From NCBI GenBank assembly GCA_040954595.2, contig CM082598.2, positions 4,417,097 to 4,481,096 on the forward strand: a stretch of 64,000 nt of DNA. Reading direction: 5' to 3'. Below, in pieces: positions 14,701 through 26,700 of this stretch. Below the pieces are notes generated by a model, which saw only the letters and a program-made list of their open reading frames with translations, was not told where the DNA came from and ran no database searches. Source of the stretch: Balanoglossus misakiensis (lineage: Eukaryota > Animalia > Hemichordata). Position 1 is the first letter of the stretch. Every line of letters starts with the position of its first letter. The translations under genes were made by a program, and so were the position numbers.

Positions 14701-17700
14701 ACGTTGAGTTTCCGCCCATCAATGAAGATGCCGTCCGTCTGAAAGAGAAACATAGTTACTGTGAGTGTGATTGGATGGTATACGTAAATTTGATTTTTTA
14801 TGACGATGCAAGGCATGAGAGTTTTTATCACAAATTACAAACCTGCGACTAAACAAAAGATGACTATTTCCTCACAAATAAACATGAGACAACAGAAAAA
14901 TCCTAACTTACCTTAGTATCTTCTTTGGCAGCAACTTCCAAACATTTGGCCACATCTTCTTGTTTATAAAATTTCACAAACGCAATTCCTGTGAAACGAT
15001 TAAAGTAAAATATGTTATTCTTTCACCAAAAATGTCTGATTCACTGTCTAGACAACAGGGCGATCTGGTCCCACGAAATTTACCAAATACTGGAGTTAGA
15101 AACTTCTCGAACAAAATTTGGGGGATTTTCATGACCCACCATCCTGGTATTTCTAGTGGTACCATATAATCCATCATCCGTTTTCAAGGTACAAAGTAGT
15201 CAAAAAAGACGCAATAATGATCAAGGTAGGCATCGCATTTTTACCTCTTGATCTGTCTGTGTCTGGGTTGATCAACAAATTACAATATGCCACCTTTCCG
15301 TACACTTCAAACTTCTCAGCGATATCTTCTTCAAGTGACTCGAATGGTATATTCCTGAATGAAAAAAAAAACAGGCTGTTATTAGATTCTGAAAATAAGT
15401 TTCACTTCAGAAATGATGGGTGAATGCATAAGTTTCTCATGTTACTTCTGGATAATTTTATCATCGTTCATATGATGTCCAAATAATGTTATGCTTTCAC
15501 ACAGAACAAGAAATCTACAATTGATATCCAAAACAAAAATACTGAGATGATAAGATGTTTTAGGAGTCAATCGGCTAACAAAAATGTTGAAAATTTGTCA
15601 TTTAGTATTATTGTACAATTCTTTTTTAAGTTTGACTACCTGACAAACAAGGTTTTTCCTTCTGATACATCACTAGTTTTCCTTGGCTGCGGTTTCCGTG
15701 ACGACTCGTCATCGCTATCTGCATCACTCGCCGATTCCATATCTGACCATTCATCATCATCATCATCATCATCATCACCGTCATCATCATCACCGTCATC
15801 ATCACTTTTACCATGGTAACCATCCTCTGATTTGTCATCTTCAGCGTCATCTTCTTCTTCACTTTGTTCTGAATCTCCCTCTACAAAGATATGTGAATCT
15901 CACGGTTATTTCTCTTATTTTATTGACTTTTGCAACTGAATGTAGGAATAATACAATCTCACACTCCCAAGGACCTGGGATCATATTGCTCACACTCGTC
16001 AGGGGAAAAAAACTGCATCACAAAAAACTGTTATGCTGCACTGAAATAATTCACACACCTTCACTTTCCATAGACTCATTCTCTTCAACATCCTCATCTG
16101 ATTTCTCTGTATTTTCCTCTTTCTGTTCTATTTCGTCCTCTTGTTTTTGTTTGTCTTTTTGTTGTTTGATGGCTTCTTCGTATTTGACTTTTGGGACAGC
16201 CCAGTCCACAGCCACCGGCCGGCCTATTGGAATCACACAACCATATCAGGAGAAACATATGAATTGGTGAAAATTACAAAACAAGAATACTGAAAAAACA
16301 ACAACGAAAAGTTACACCTAATAGAGCTTAAAACCAAGTTAAAGTTAAGGGTAAAATAATAAATATATTCATGAACCAACCTTTGATTTCTTTCATGTTA
16401 AGATTCTTGACGGCTTTCGTAGCATCTATAACATTGGAGTACTGAACAAAGCCAAAACCAAACATTTTTCCATCTTTTTTCTTGGGGATGGTCACTTCGC
16501 TAATTTCACCGTACTCACTGAAAATTTCTTTTAAATCATCTTCCGAGCACTGGAAAGCAGAAAAATAAAAGTAAAACACAAACTACGCGAAGGGAAAATT
16601 TCCTGTTTTCCAGTAGAAAAAAAATACTGAGAAAAAAAGTGCTTTAACAGAGCTTGAGACAAAATCAGTACTGATCTCTAATGCTTACCTTAAAACTGAT
16701 ATTTCTCACTATCAATCTTGATTTTTTCATGTTTGCAAATGATTTTCTTTTCCTGGACAGTAAATCCGCTTTTATAGCAGACCCTACAGAATGAGAGAAG
16801 ATTTATGCAGACTTTATGATGTGACCAAGATCGTGTGTTTGTGTGAAAGTGTGACAGAGATATACCATGACACACACACACACACACCCATCCATCCATC
16901 CATCCATCCATACATCCATACATACATCCATCCATACATACATACATCCATCCAACCATCCATCCATCCATACATCCATCCATCTATCCATCCATCCATC
17001 CATACATCCATCCATCCATCCATCCAACCATCCATCCATACATCCATCCATCCATCCATCCATACATACATACATCCATCCATCCATCCATCCATCCATC
17101 CATCCATACATACATACATACATCCATCCATCCATACATCCATCCATACATACATACATCCATCCAACCATCCATCCATCCATCCATCCATACATCCATC
17201 CATCCATCCATACATACATACATCCATACATCCATCTATCCATCCATCCATACATCCATCTATCCATCCATCCATCCATCCATCCATACATACATCCATC
17301 CAACCATCCATCTATCCATCCATCCAACCATCCATCCATCCATCCATCCATCCATACATCCATCCATCCATCCATCCATACATACATCCATCCATCCATC
17401 CATCCATACATACATACATACATCCATCCATCCATCCATCCATCCATCCAACCATCCATCCATCCATACATACATACATACATACATCCATCCAACCAAC
17501 CATCCATCCATCCATCCATACATACATACATCCATCCATCCATACATACATACATACATACATACCTACATACATACATACATACATCCAACCATCCAAC
17601 CATCCATCCAACCATCCATCCATACATCCATCCATCCATCCATCCATCCATCCATCCATACATACATACATACATCCATCCATCCATCCATCCATCCATA

Positions 17701-20700
17701 CATCCATCCATCCATCCATCCATACATACATACATACATCCATCCATCCATCCATCCATCCATCCATCCATCCATACATCCATCCAACCATCCACCCATC
17801 CATCCATCCATCCATCCATCCATCCATACATACATACATACATCCATCCATCCATCCATCCATCCATCCATCCATACATCCATCCATCCATCCATCCATA
17901 CATACATACATACATCCATCCATCCATCCATCCATCCATCCATCCAACCATCCATCCATCCATACATACATACATACATCCATCCAACCAACCATCCATC
18001 CATCCATCCATACATACATACATCCATCCATCCATACATACATACATACATACATACCTACATACATACATACATACATCCAACCATCCAACCATCCATC
18101 CAACCATCCATCCATACATCCATCCATCCATCCATCCATCCATCCATACATACATACATACATCCATCCATCCATCCATCCATACATCCATCCATCCATC
18201 CATCCATACATACATACATACATCCATCCATCCATCCATCCATCCATCCATCCAACCATCCATCCAACCATCCATCCATCCATCCATCCATCCATCCATC
18301 CATACATACATACATACATCCATCCATCCATACATCCATCCATCCATCCATCCATCCATCCATCCATCCATCCATCCATCCATCCATACATACATCCATC
18401 CATCCATCCATACATACATCCATCCATCCATCCATCCATCCATCCATCCATCCATACATCCATCCATCCATCCATCCATCCATCCATACATACATACATA
18501 CATCCATCCATCCATCCATCCATCCATCCATCCATACATACATCCAACCATCCACCCATCCATCCAACCATCCACCCATCCATACATCCATCCATCCATA
18601 CATACATCCATCCATCCATACATCCATCCATCCATCCATCCATCCATCCATCCATACATACATCCATCCATCCATCCATCCATCCATACATCCATCCAAC
18701 CATCCACCCATCCATCCATCCATCCATTCATACATACATCCATCCATCCATACATACATCCATCCATCCATCCATCCATCCATACATACATCCATCCATC
18801 CATACATACATCCATCCATACATACATCCATCCATCCATCCATCCATCCATCCATACATACATACATCCATCCATCCATCCATCCATCCATCCATCCATA
18901 CATCCATCCAACCATCCATCCATCCATACATACATCCATCCATCCATCCATCCATCCATACATACATCCATCCATCCATACATACATCCATCCATACATA
19001 CATCCATCCATCCATCCATCCATCCATCCATACATACATACATCCATCCATCCATCCATCCATCCATCCATCCATACATCCATCCAACCATCCATCCATC
19101 CATCCATACATCCATCCAACCATCCATCCATCCATACATACATCCATCCATCCATCCATCCATCCATCCATCCATCCATCCATCCATCCATCCATCCATA
19201 CATACATACATCCATCCATCCATCCATCCATCCACCCATCCATACATCCATCCAACCATCCATCCATCCATCCATCCATCCAACCATCCACCCATCCATC
19301 CATCCATTCATACATACATACATCCATCCATCCATACATACATCCATCCATCCATCCATACATACATACATACATACATCCATCCATCCATCCATCCATC
19401 CATCCATCCATCCATCCATACATCCATCCAACCATCCACCCATCCATCCATCCATCCATTCATACATACATCCATCCATCCATACATACATCCAACCATC
19501 CAACCATCCATCCAACCATCCATCCATCCATCCATCCATCCATTCATACATACATCCATCCATCCATACATACATCCATCCATCCATACATCCATCCATC
19601 CACCCATCCATCCATCCATCCATTCATACATACATCCATCCATCCAACCATCCATCCAACCATCCATCCATACATCCATCCATCCATCCATCCATCCATC
19701 CATCCATACATACATCCATCCATCCATCCATACATCCATCCATCCATCCATCCATCCATACATCCATCCATCCATCCATCCATCCATCCATCCATCCATC
19801 CATCCATACATACATCCATCCATCCATACATCCATCCATCCATACATCCATCCATCCATCCATCCATCCATCCATCCATACATCCATCCATCCATCCATC
19901 CATCCATACATACATCCATCCATCCATCCATCCATCCATACATCCATCCATCCATCCATCCATCCATCCATCCATCCATCCATCCATCCATCCATCCATC
20001 CATCCATCCATCCATCCATACATACATCCATCCATCCATCCATCCATCCATCCATCCATCCATACATCCATCCAACCATCCACCCATCCATCCATCCATC
20101 CATCCATCCATCCATACATACATACATACATCCATCCATCCATCCATCCAACCATCCATCCAACCATCCATCCATACATCCATCCATCCATCCATCCATC
20201 CATCCATCCATCCATACATCCATCCATCCATCCATCCATCCATACATCCATCCAACCATCCACCCATCCATCCATCCATCCATCCATCCATCCATACATA
20301 CATACATACATACATCCATCCATCCATCCAACCATCCATCCAACCATCCATCCATACATCCATCCATCCATCCATCCATCCATCCATCCATCCATACATC
20401 CATCCATCCATCCATCCATCCATACATCCATCCATCCATCCATCCAACCATCCACCCATCCATCCATCCATCCATCCATCCATCCATCCATCCATCCATC
20501 CATCCATCCATCTATCCATCCATCCATCCATCCATCCATCCATCCATACATACATACATACATACATACATCCATCCATCAGATGGGCAGGAGAAGTGAT
20601 TGGAATGGGGCAGACTAACTGAAACGCAGTGTACCGGACGCATCGACGCACATTGCCAGGTCACACACTGTTGACCTCTCCCACTGACCTTTCAACTTTT

Positions 20701-23150
20701 TCCTGTGTAATCGACCAATAGCAGCCTTTGCATCTTTGCATCGCGTGTACACAATCTCTGCTGTTGTTTCCTTGTCCTCTTCCACTGGAAATTTCACCTC
20801 ACTGATATTTTCTGTTCTCCTGCAGGGATTGGAATAACATTAATCAGCAATATTATGACAACACAAGTGGTAAAATAAATTTTCCAGAATTTTCAAGGGG
20901 TAGTTTCAAATTCCTGATATCCTTCCAAAATTCTAACCCGTGGTTATTGAGTTTTTGAGTTTTGACCAATTTCACATTTTTCCAGTTAATTTGCATATTT
21001 TTGGCAATGACAACTTCATTAGAACAAACTCCCATCTACAGCGCGGCCTGCATCTACACACCAAATATCGACGTTATACGCATAGCGGTTTTCAAGTTTT
21101 TTATGTGGACGGACATACAGACATACATCCATCCATCCATACATACAGACACAACCGATCCCATAAGGTCCCATGGTACATACCAATGGGACCTAAAAAC
21201 TGATTCACAGATTTCACCTACGTGAGTAGTTTATCAAGATCTTCTCTGGTTGTCTCATCTGGTAGTCCGCTAAGTACAACCGTTCTTGTCAGCTCAGTGT
21301 ATGAAGGTTTGTCATCCGATTTCTCTTCTGGCTTGCTTTTCTTGACTTCAGGAGCATCTCCTGTTGCTGCTGAGGGTTTTTTTGTATCAGAGAGAAAGTA
21401 AAAATGTCACTTTAATCAAACATAAAGCCTAGGGACTGAAGTACAGCGATAAAAAATATATTGTTTCATTAAAGGGACAAAGTCTCTCTCTCTCGCTGCC
21501 CTTTTTCCATTAATCATGTTTGATACAGACACTGCTTATGTTATTCTACATGTGGATATATAGTGAATGAATGTTCAACCACACACAACTTCCATCCCGC
21601 TTGTATGATATGACAGTAAAAACACGCCAAAATGAATAAATGGCAGAGACCAATTATTCATTTTGGCGAGTTTTTTCACTCTTGTGTCTACAAGCCAGAT
21701 GGAAGGTGTGTGTGGTTGAAAGTTGATTCACTATATATCCACATGTACATTAATATAAACGGTGTCTTGTATCAAACATAATTAATCGAAAAAGGCAGCG
21801 AGAGAGACTTTGTCCCTTTAAAGGTCCATATTTGTTGACATGGGCATTTCTATATAAACAATAGACCTTTCAGTCAGCTGTGCATCAGATACTTGTAATG
21901 TCTTTTAAGAGAGTTCCGAGTAAATTACCTTGTTCGATCTCTTCCCCTCGCCGCCTCTTCTTCGCTTTGAAGTCTTTGTTCGCATAATCAACCAGTAATT
22001 TTCTTCCTTCCAGTTTCACCGTAGAATCCTTGGCTTTCACTGCATCATCTCTGCAGAAGACAAACAGAGAGCACTGATTAGACTGGTCCAGCCACTGTGC
22101 AATCTGATTAAAATCAGATGTAGGGTACGGCGACGTATTTTACTTCGCGGTACGGTATTCTTATGCTGTCGCCTCACACTACATCTGACCAACTCCCATA
22201 GAAGCTCCCGTTCAAAATCTCTAAATTTACTGGGCCAGTAAACCAATCAGAAGGCGCCTTATAAAAAATGATAGGTATCCCTCAGTGTAGATCGACGTAA
22301 CATGCAATCTGATTGGCCTGACCGCAATGGGAGGTTCAAATATCTTAGACTTACCTCAATGCAAATGTCACATAACCAAAGCCCCTGCATTCTGTAGAAC
22401 CTGTGAAAATACGGAAAGTCTTGATTATTGCCTCAGATTAAACGAGATTTAGATGCAAGTATAAAGGTAAGCCTTGGTATCCAACACTGAAAATGAACAT
22501 GGTCTCCTATAAATGGATGATGAAGTTGACATCAACTCACAGGCAAAAGACACGGTTGTTTCGATGTGTTTTTACCGGCCTTGCCTCCACAGCCCTCCAG
22601 TGGGGGGGGGGGGGTCACCCCCTGTTGACGTGTTGGCACCCCTAGCACTTTGCAAGGGGGGACCAGTCACCATGTGCCCCTTGAATGATGTCATTCACAT
22701 GACGTTAGAGAAATTACAGTCCCCCATGCCAGAGTGGAATCCCCCTCCCCCAATATTCTGGCAAAGGGGGGCATATCCCCCCCCCCCCCCCGTTGATGGC
22801 ATCCTGAATGAAACACTGAGCTACAGTAACCTACATATGTAGCCGATCAACACGCGCCTGTGGTGAACTGGTACAGCTACATGCACCGTACGTACTACAC
22901 GACACTTGTGTACAATCTGGGATGAGTTCATAGCATGAGGATCGCCATAGCATCGACAACACGTGGAGAACGACGAAGTTAACATGCCAAATAAATTAAA
23001 AAATGATTCACGTAACGGTCACGTACCTTTGTTACTGACAACAAAACATCGCCTAAGTGGCCCAATATCACTGAAGACTTCTTCTAACTTCGCATTTGTC
23101 GTGGAATACGGCAAGTTTCTCACGAACAACGTGCTGCAGGGCGCAGCCAT
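11719..23150 (-). CDS. RBM28: RNA-binding protein 28 (Nop4 orthologue), 17 coding exons: 23027-23150, 22355-22400, 21929-22050, ~21222-21369, ~20689-20819, ~16689-16786, ~16381-16550, ~16059-16224, ~15640-15880, ~15245-15354, ~14912-14988, ~14597-14738, ~13691-13911, ~13166-13315, ~12909-12983, ~12241-12513, 11719-11865
   Basis: Starts [18 protein letters not shown] motifs include [38 protein letters not shown] and SRGYAFVEF. Also an acidic tract, [29 protein letters not shown] and a basic tail ending KWFE*. GT-AG borders with consistent phase where checked. Confidence 0.95.
14054..14470. repeat. Intronic tandem repeat, 62-bp unit, ~6.5 copies
   Basis: actgtagt recurs at 14101, 14163, 14225, 14287 and onward. 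Confidence 0.9.
16868..20580. repeat. 3.7-kb (CATC)n/(CATA)n tetranucleotide satellite in an RBM28 intron
   Basis: Direct reading. The long PSIH / MDGW ORFs are simply translations of this repeat. Confidence 0.99.
21473..21817. mobile_element. ~350-bp TTAA-flanked MITE family 'AGGGACAAAG'. Other copies: ~26560-26900, 27260-27570, 31466-31610 (partial), 38162-38510, 38690-38790 (partial), 43250-43555, 50216-50667, 56528-56883, 57300-57425 (partial), 61632-61984
   Basis: Long TIRs agggacaaagtctctctctcgctgccc ... gggcagcgagagagactttgtccct bounded by TTAA; termini and target site fit the Kolobok superfamily. Confidence 0.9.
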
Positions 23151-23339
23151 ATTTAAAGTGTGTTGTGTGGTTGTTTCGTTACTCCAACATACCGCCATCA
23201 GCGGTGCCCATTTCAGTGACTTTTGTTTTCTTACAACTGGCTACGCCTTAGCCATGGGAAACAACTTTCAGGAACATTTTAAAACAAAACCAGAGACTCT
23301 GGTTACAAACATTGGATACAGTCAATGTCATTAGGCAGT

Positions 23340-23383
23340 GTGTCCTAGCAACAGACAAGATGGCGGCCGCCATAGTCTGTGTT
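23340..23383. promoter_or_regulatory. Putative RBM28 upstream promoter: RFX X-box-like site plus palindromic double YY1-like site
   Basis: gtcctagcaac (23342-23352) and aagatggcggccgccat (23357-23373), about 200 bp upstream of the RBM28 ATG. Confidence 0.5.
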
Positions 23384-23738
23384 GGAGATCAGGCAAAGAA
23401 GCAAAGTGGGGTAAAAAGAAGGGACAAAACTAAAGTCAGATTGCAAAGATGGGCACATGGTCATCCATTCTGTCCAGATTTTTTTCTTGTACAAATTGAG
23501 AGAGTATTCAAGCACACAAAAAATTCCAAAACACATGTTTTCTCAACTTCAATTACAAGCAATTTATTCCACATTAAACATCAATTCAGCGTATAAAATA
23601 TAACTTCATTTCAAACATTGAAATTTTCTAATAAAAATAAATGTTACAGATTTAAAACTTCAGACATTTGTTTTAAAAAAAGTTTCAATGGCTTTATGTT
23701 GTGTCAGTGGACTTGTGTTTTTTGACTGCATGTTATGT

Positions 23739-26700
23739 CTACTTGCTAATGTTGGGTTTTCTAAATTTCGATGGTCGAGCACGTCCTTTTGGCCCTGATA
23801 ATCTTCGTTTTACCGCAAGTGAAGGTCCTTTTATTTGCTGAAACAGAAAAGGAAACGTTTTCAGATGCAAATTTAATGGAAGTGGTCAGCTGTACAAATT
23901 TAACCCCTGTTACCATGGAAAATTGAAATATAGCCAATCACAGTCAGTCATAGACTAAGACAAACCCTTATGACCATATATGGGAAAATGTAAATTAGAC
24001 TTAGAGGTGACCTTTAGAGGGCAACTATCTGTAACTTCTGGCAATTTTTTGAGTATTTTTGGTTTGTGTATAAACTACATTTTCTTGTTCTTCTCCCTAA
24101 ATTAAAGTGAAGGGGTCGTCGCACCGCATTTGTTTATAAACATTACAATTCATCCACAACAAATTAGACCATTCTTAGAATGAACGAAGCAGCCAACTGT
24201 AGTGTAGACTGGGCATGGCAGCAACTGAAGATCCTAGTAGGTCGTGGCGACTGCAGTAGGGTTTGCGCTGGTATGGGAGGGCATATTCTCATCAAGGGGG
24301 ACACTCACGCGGCGCGACGACCCCTTCCCTTTAATCCCTGTGACTAAATGACATAATTTTTACAAAGCAGAAACTCACATCATCGAAGGAGACCGGTTTT
24401 TCTTCGACAGATTTCACCGTCGTCCGTGTAGTTGTTGTTGTTGTTGTTGTTGTTGGTTTTCTCGGCAGAGTTGGTTTCGGTGCAACGGGAGGTCTCCTCC
24501 TCTCGGGCGAGTTCTGTTTCCGCATCGGTTTAGGTTTCTTGGCAGGGGGCGAGAACTGATCTGCCTTGTCCCTCTCGTTGTCACTGGACGACCAATCACT
24601 GTCGCTGTCACTGGGAGCCGAGACTGCCAAATAAAATCAAGTGCCATTGGACGATTGTTCAAAATATAAACGTATCCTTAACTTTGAACTTTAAAGTAAG
24701 AATTGGTTCTAACAGTGTAACAAACACTGGAGCTGTTTGGTAAAGTACAGGAATATATAAATGAGTGAAAATCAGAAAAGACAATTTAATGAAATAATCA
24801 TGAAACAAAAATACCCAATATTTTATCACATGACAACAAATTTGCCCCTATACCCCTTTCACCCCCGGATCCCTCTATAGAGGTCCAACTCTACTGTAGA
24901 AATCAATGGGTTTGGACCAAACCATTGTGGTGAAAGGGTAGCATCTCACCCATCAAGGGAGTTCCCGTGAATGCTGTGGGGTCTTCACCAATCTTCGCGC
25001 TTGATGTCCGCGACGCTGTTATTTCCGGCAGTTGAAATGCAGCTTCCTCGCTCCCCCTGGCCTGTCCCCCTCCCCCTTTTCCCCTCTCTAATAATCCCAG
25101 GGACTTCAGAGCGCTCCCGGTGCTGTAGAACTCATACTGGAAGCTCGGCTCCTTGTTCTTCTTCAACACCCCTCCCGTCGTCGTCGGCGACCGGTTGATT
25201 TTCTGTTCCGGCGGCTTCTCAGTGTCTGCGGCAAAACTGACGGTCTTCTTCGGAGAGGCGTGAAGTTGCTCTTTCAGCTGATGGACCTGGAATGCGAGAT
25301 AGAACATTTCCGTTTTTTTCCCCCGTAACTCAGTGTAACTTAGAACGGGCAAAAACAAGATTGCTGTGTTCAGCTTTAAAACTGTAGTATGGAGTCACCA
25401 TACAAAAATTTTAATGAGAGAGCAAAGTTCAAAATCTCTGTGTGAACTCTTTGGAAAAAATTAAAGTAGCTATTTAATATGAAAACAAGATGATGAACAC
25501 CCTTTTTTTCGTCTTTACTTTCAAAAAACACTCACCACACACTTTAATGTATTTTGAAATATCAAACCTCATATTCCAATTGCTGTGATTTTCTCTCTGC
25601 GTCTTTGGCTCGCTGTTCAGAAATTTTTAACAGTTCATGGTGTATGGTGCTGGAGACCATATCAGATCTGTAAAGAGTGAGAAAAAAACAGAAGTATTTC
25701 CAATTTATTCTTTTTTGTCAGCCTGTTATAGTTTGACCTATGTATGTTTACATATTGAGAAGACTATATCTCAAGAAAATTATCCACATTATACATAAAT
25801 GAACAGGACTGATACAGTGATGATTTCAGAGATTCTCAAACTGAATCAAATTAAATCTACTTGTTAGAGGCCAAGTCGGTGATAGGAAACCCACAACTTC
25901 TAACATCTAACACGTATAAAGGTAAATCTTACTTCTCCTTGTTGGCATCAGCAAGTTTATCAAGCAAATGGTTGACCTCCTGTTGTGATCTTAGCAATTC
26001 TGTCTGTACACCTTGAGATAAAACAAAACAAAACAAAACAACGGTAAAAAATTAATCCCTGATATGTAAACATTTTAAAAATAATATTTTCAGAGCGATA
26101 GATGATAGCAAAATGCTGCCGTTCACTGCATTATCTGGCATGGGAAATTTACCAGTAATTTTTCAATATATTTGAAAATATTATACTTTTGAAAATACGT
26201 TTTTAGCAAAGTAAAGCCATACATGAAATTCAGTTCTGACAGCAGTGCGTAACTTCTTAAATGATAAAAAAATATATCAAGAAAAACAGCGGTCTCTTTT
26301 CACGTTTCTAGTTTATACTACTGAATATATAAAATATATGAGGGTGGAATGTAAAATTACAAGTTTTTAGAATCTTACTTTCAAGTTTTTTCTGGGCCTC
26401 AGCTGCTCTGGACGATGATAATTTGGCTTCAAGTAAGTAATCTACTCCACTGTAAGACAACAGAGACCTTGAAAGAACCCGACACGCACACACAGCACAG
26501 AAACACAAAGGTGGTTTCTGTAATAGGTAACAGGCAACTCAGAGACCTCGAGATAGAACTTAAAGTGACAAAGTCTCTCGCTCACTGCCCTTTTGTTTGA
26601 TACAATACACTGTTTATGTAATTCTACATGTGGATATATAGTGAATCAACGTTCGACCACACACAACTTCGATCCTATTTGTAAGATATGAGAGTAAAAA

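Noticed and set aside
15683-16270. His-rich 195-aa plus-strand ORF
   Set aside because: Antisense reading of the Asp/Glu-rich RBM28 exons.
16791-20651. Very long ORFs (1275, 1251, 834 aa and others) of PSIH / MDGW repeats
   Set aside because: Stop-free translations of a tetranucleotide satellite lying inside an RBM28 intron.
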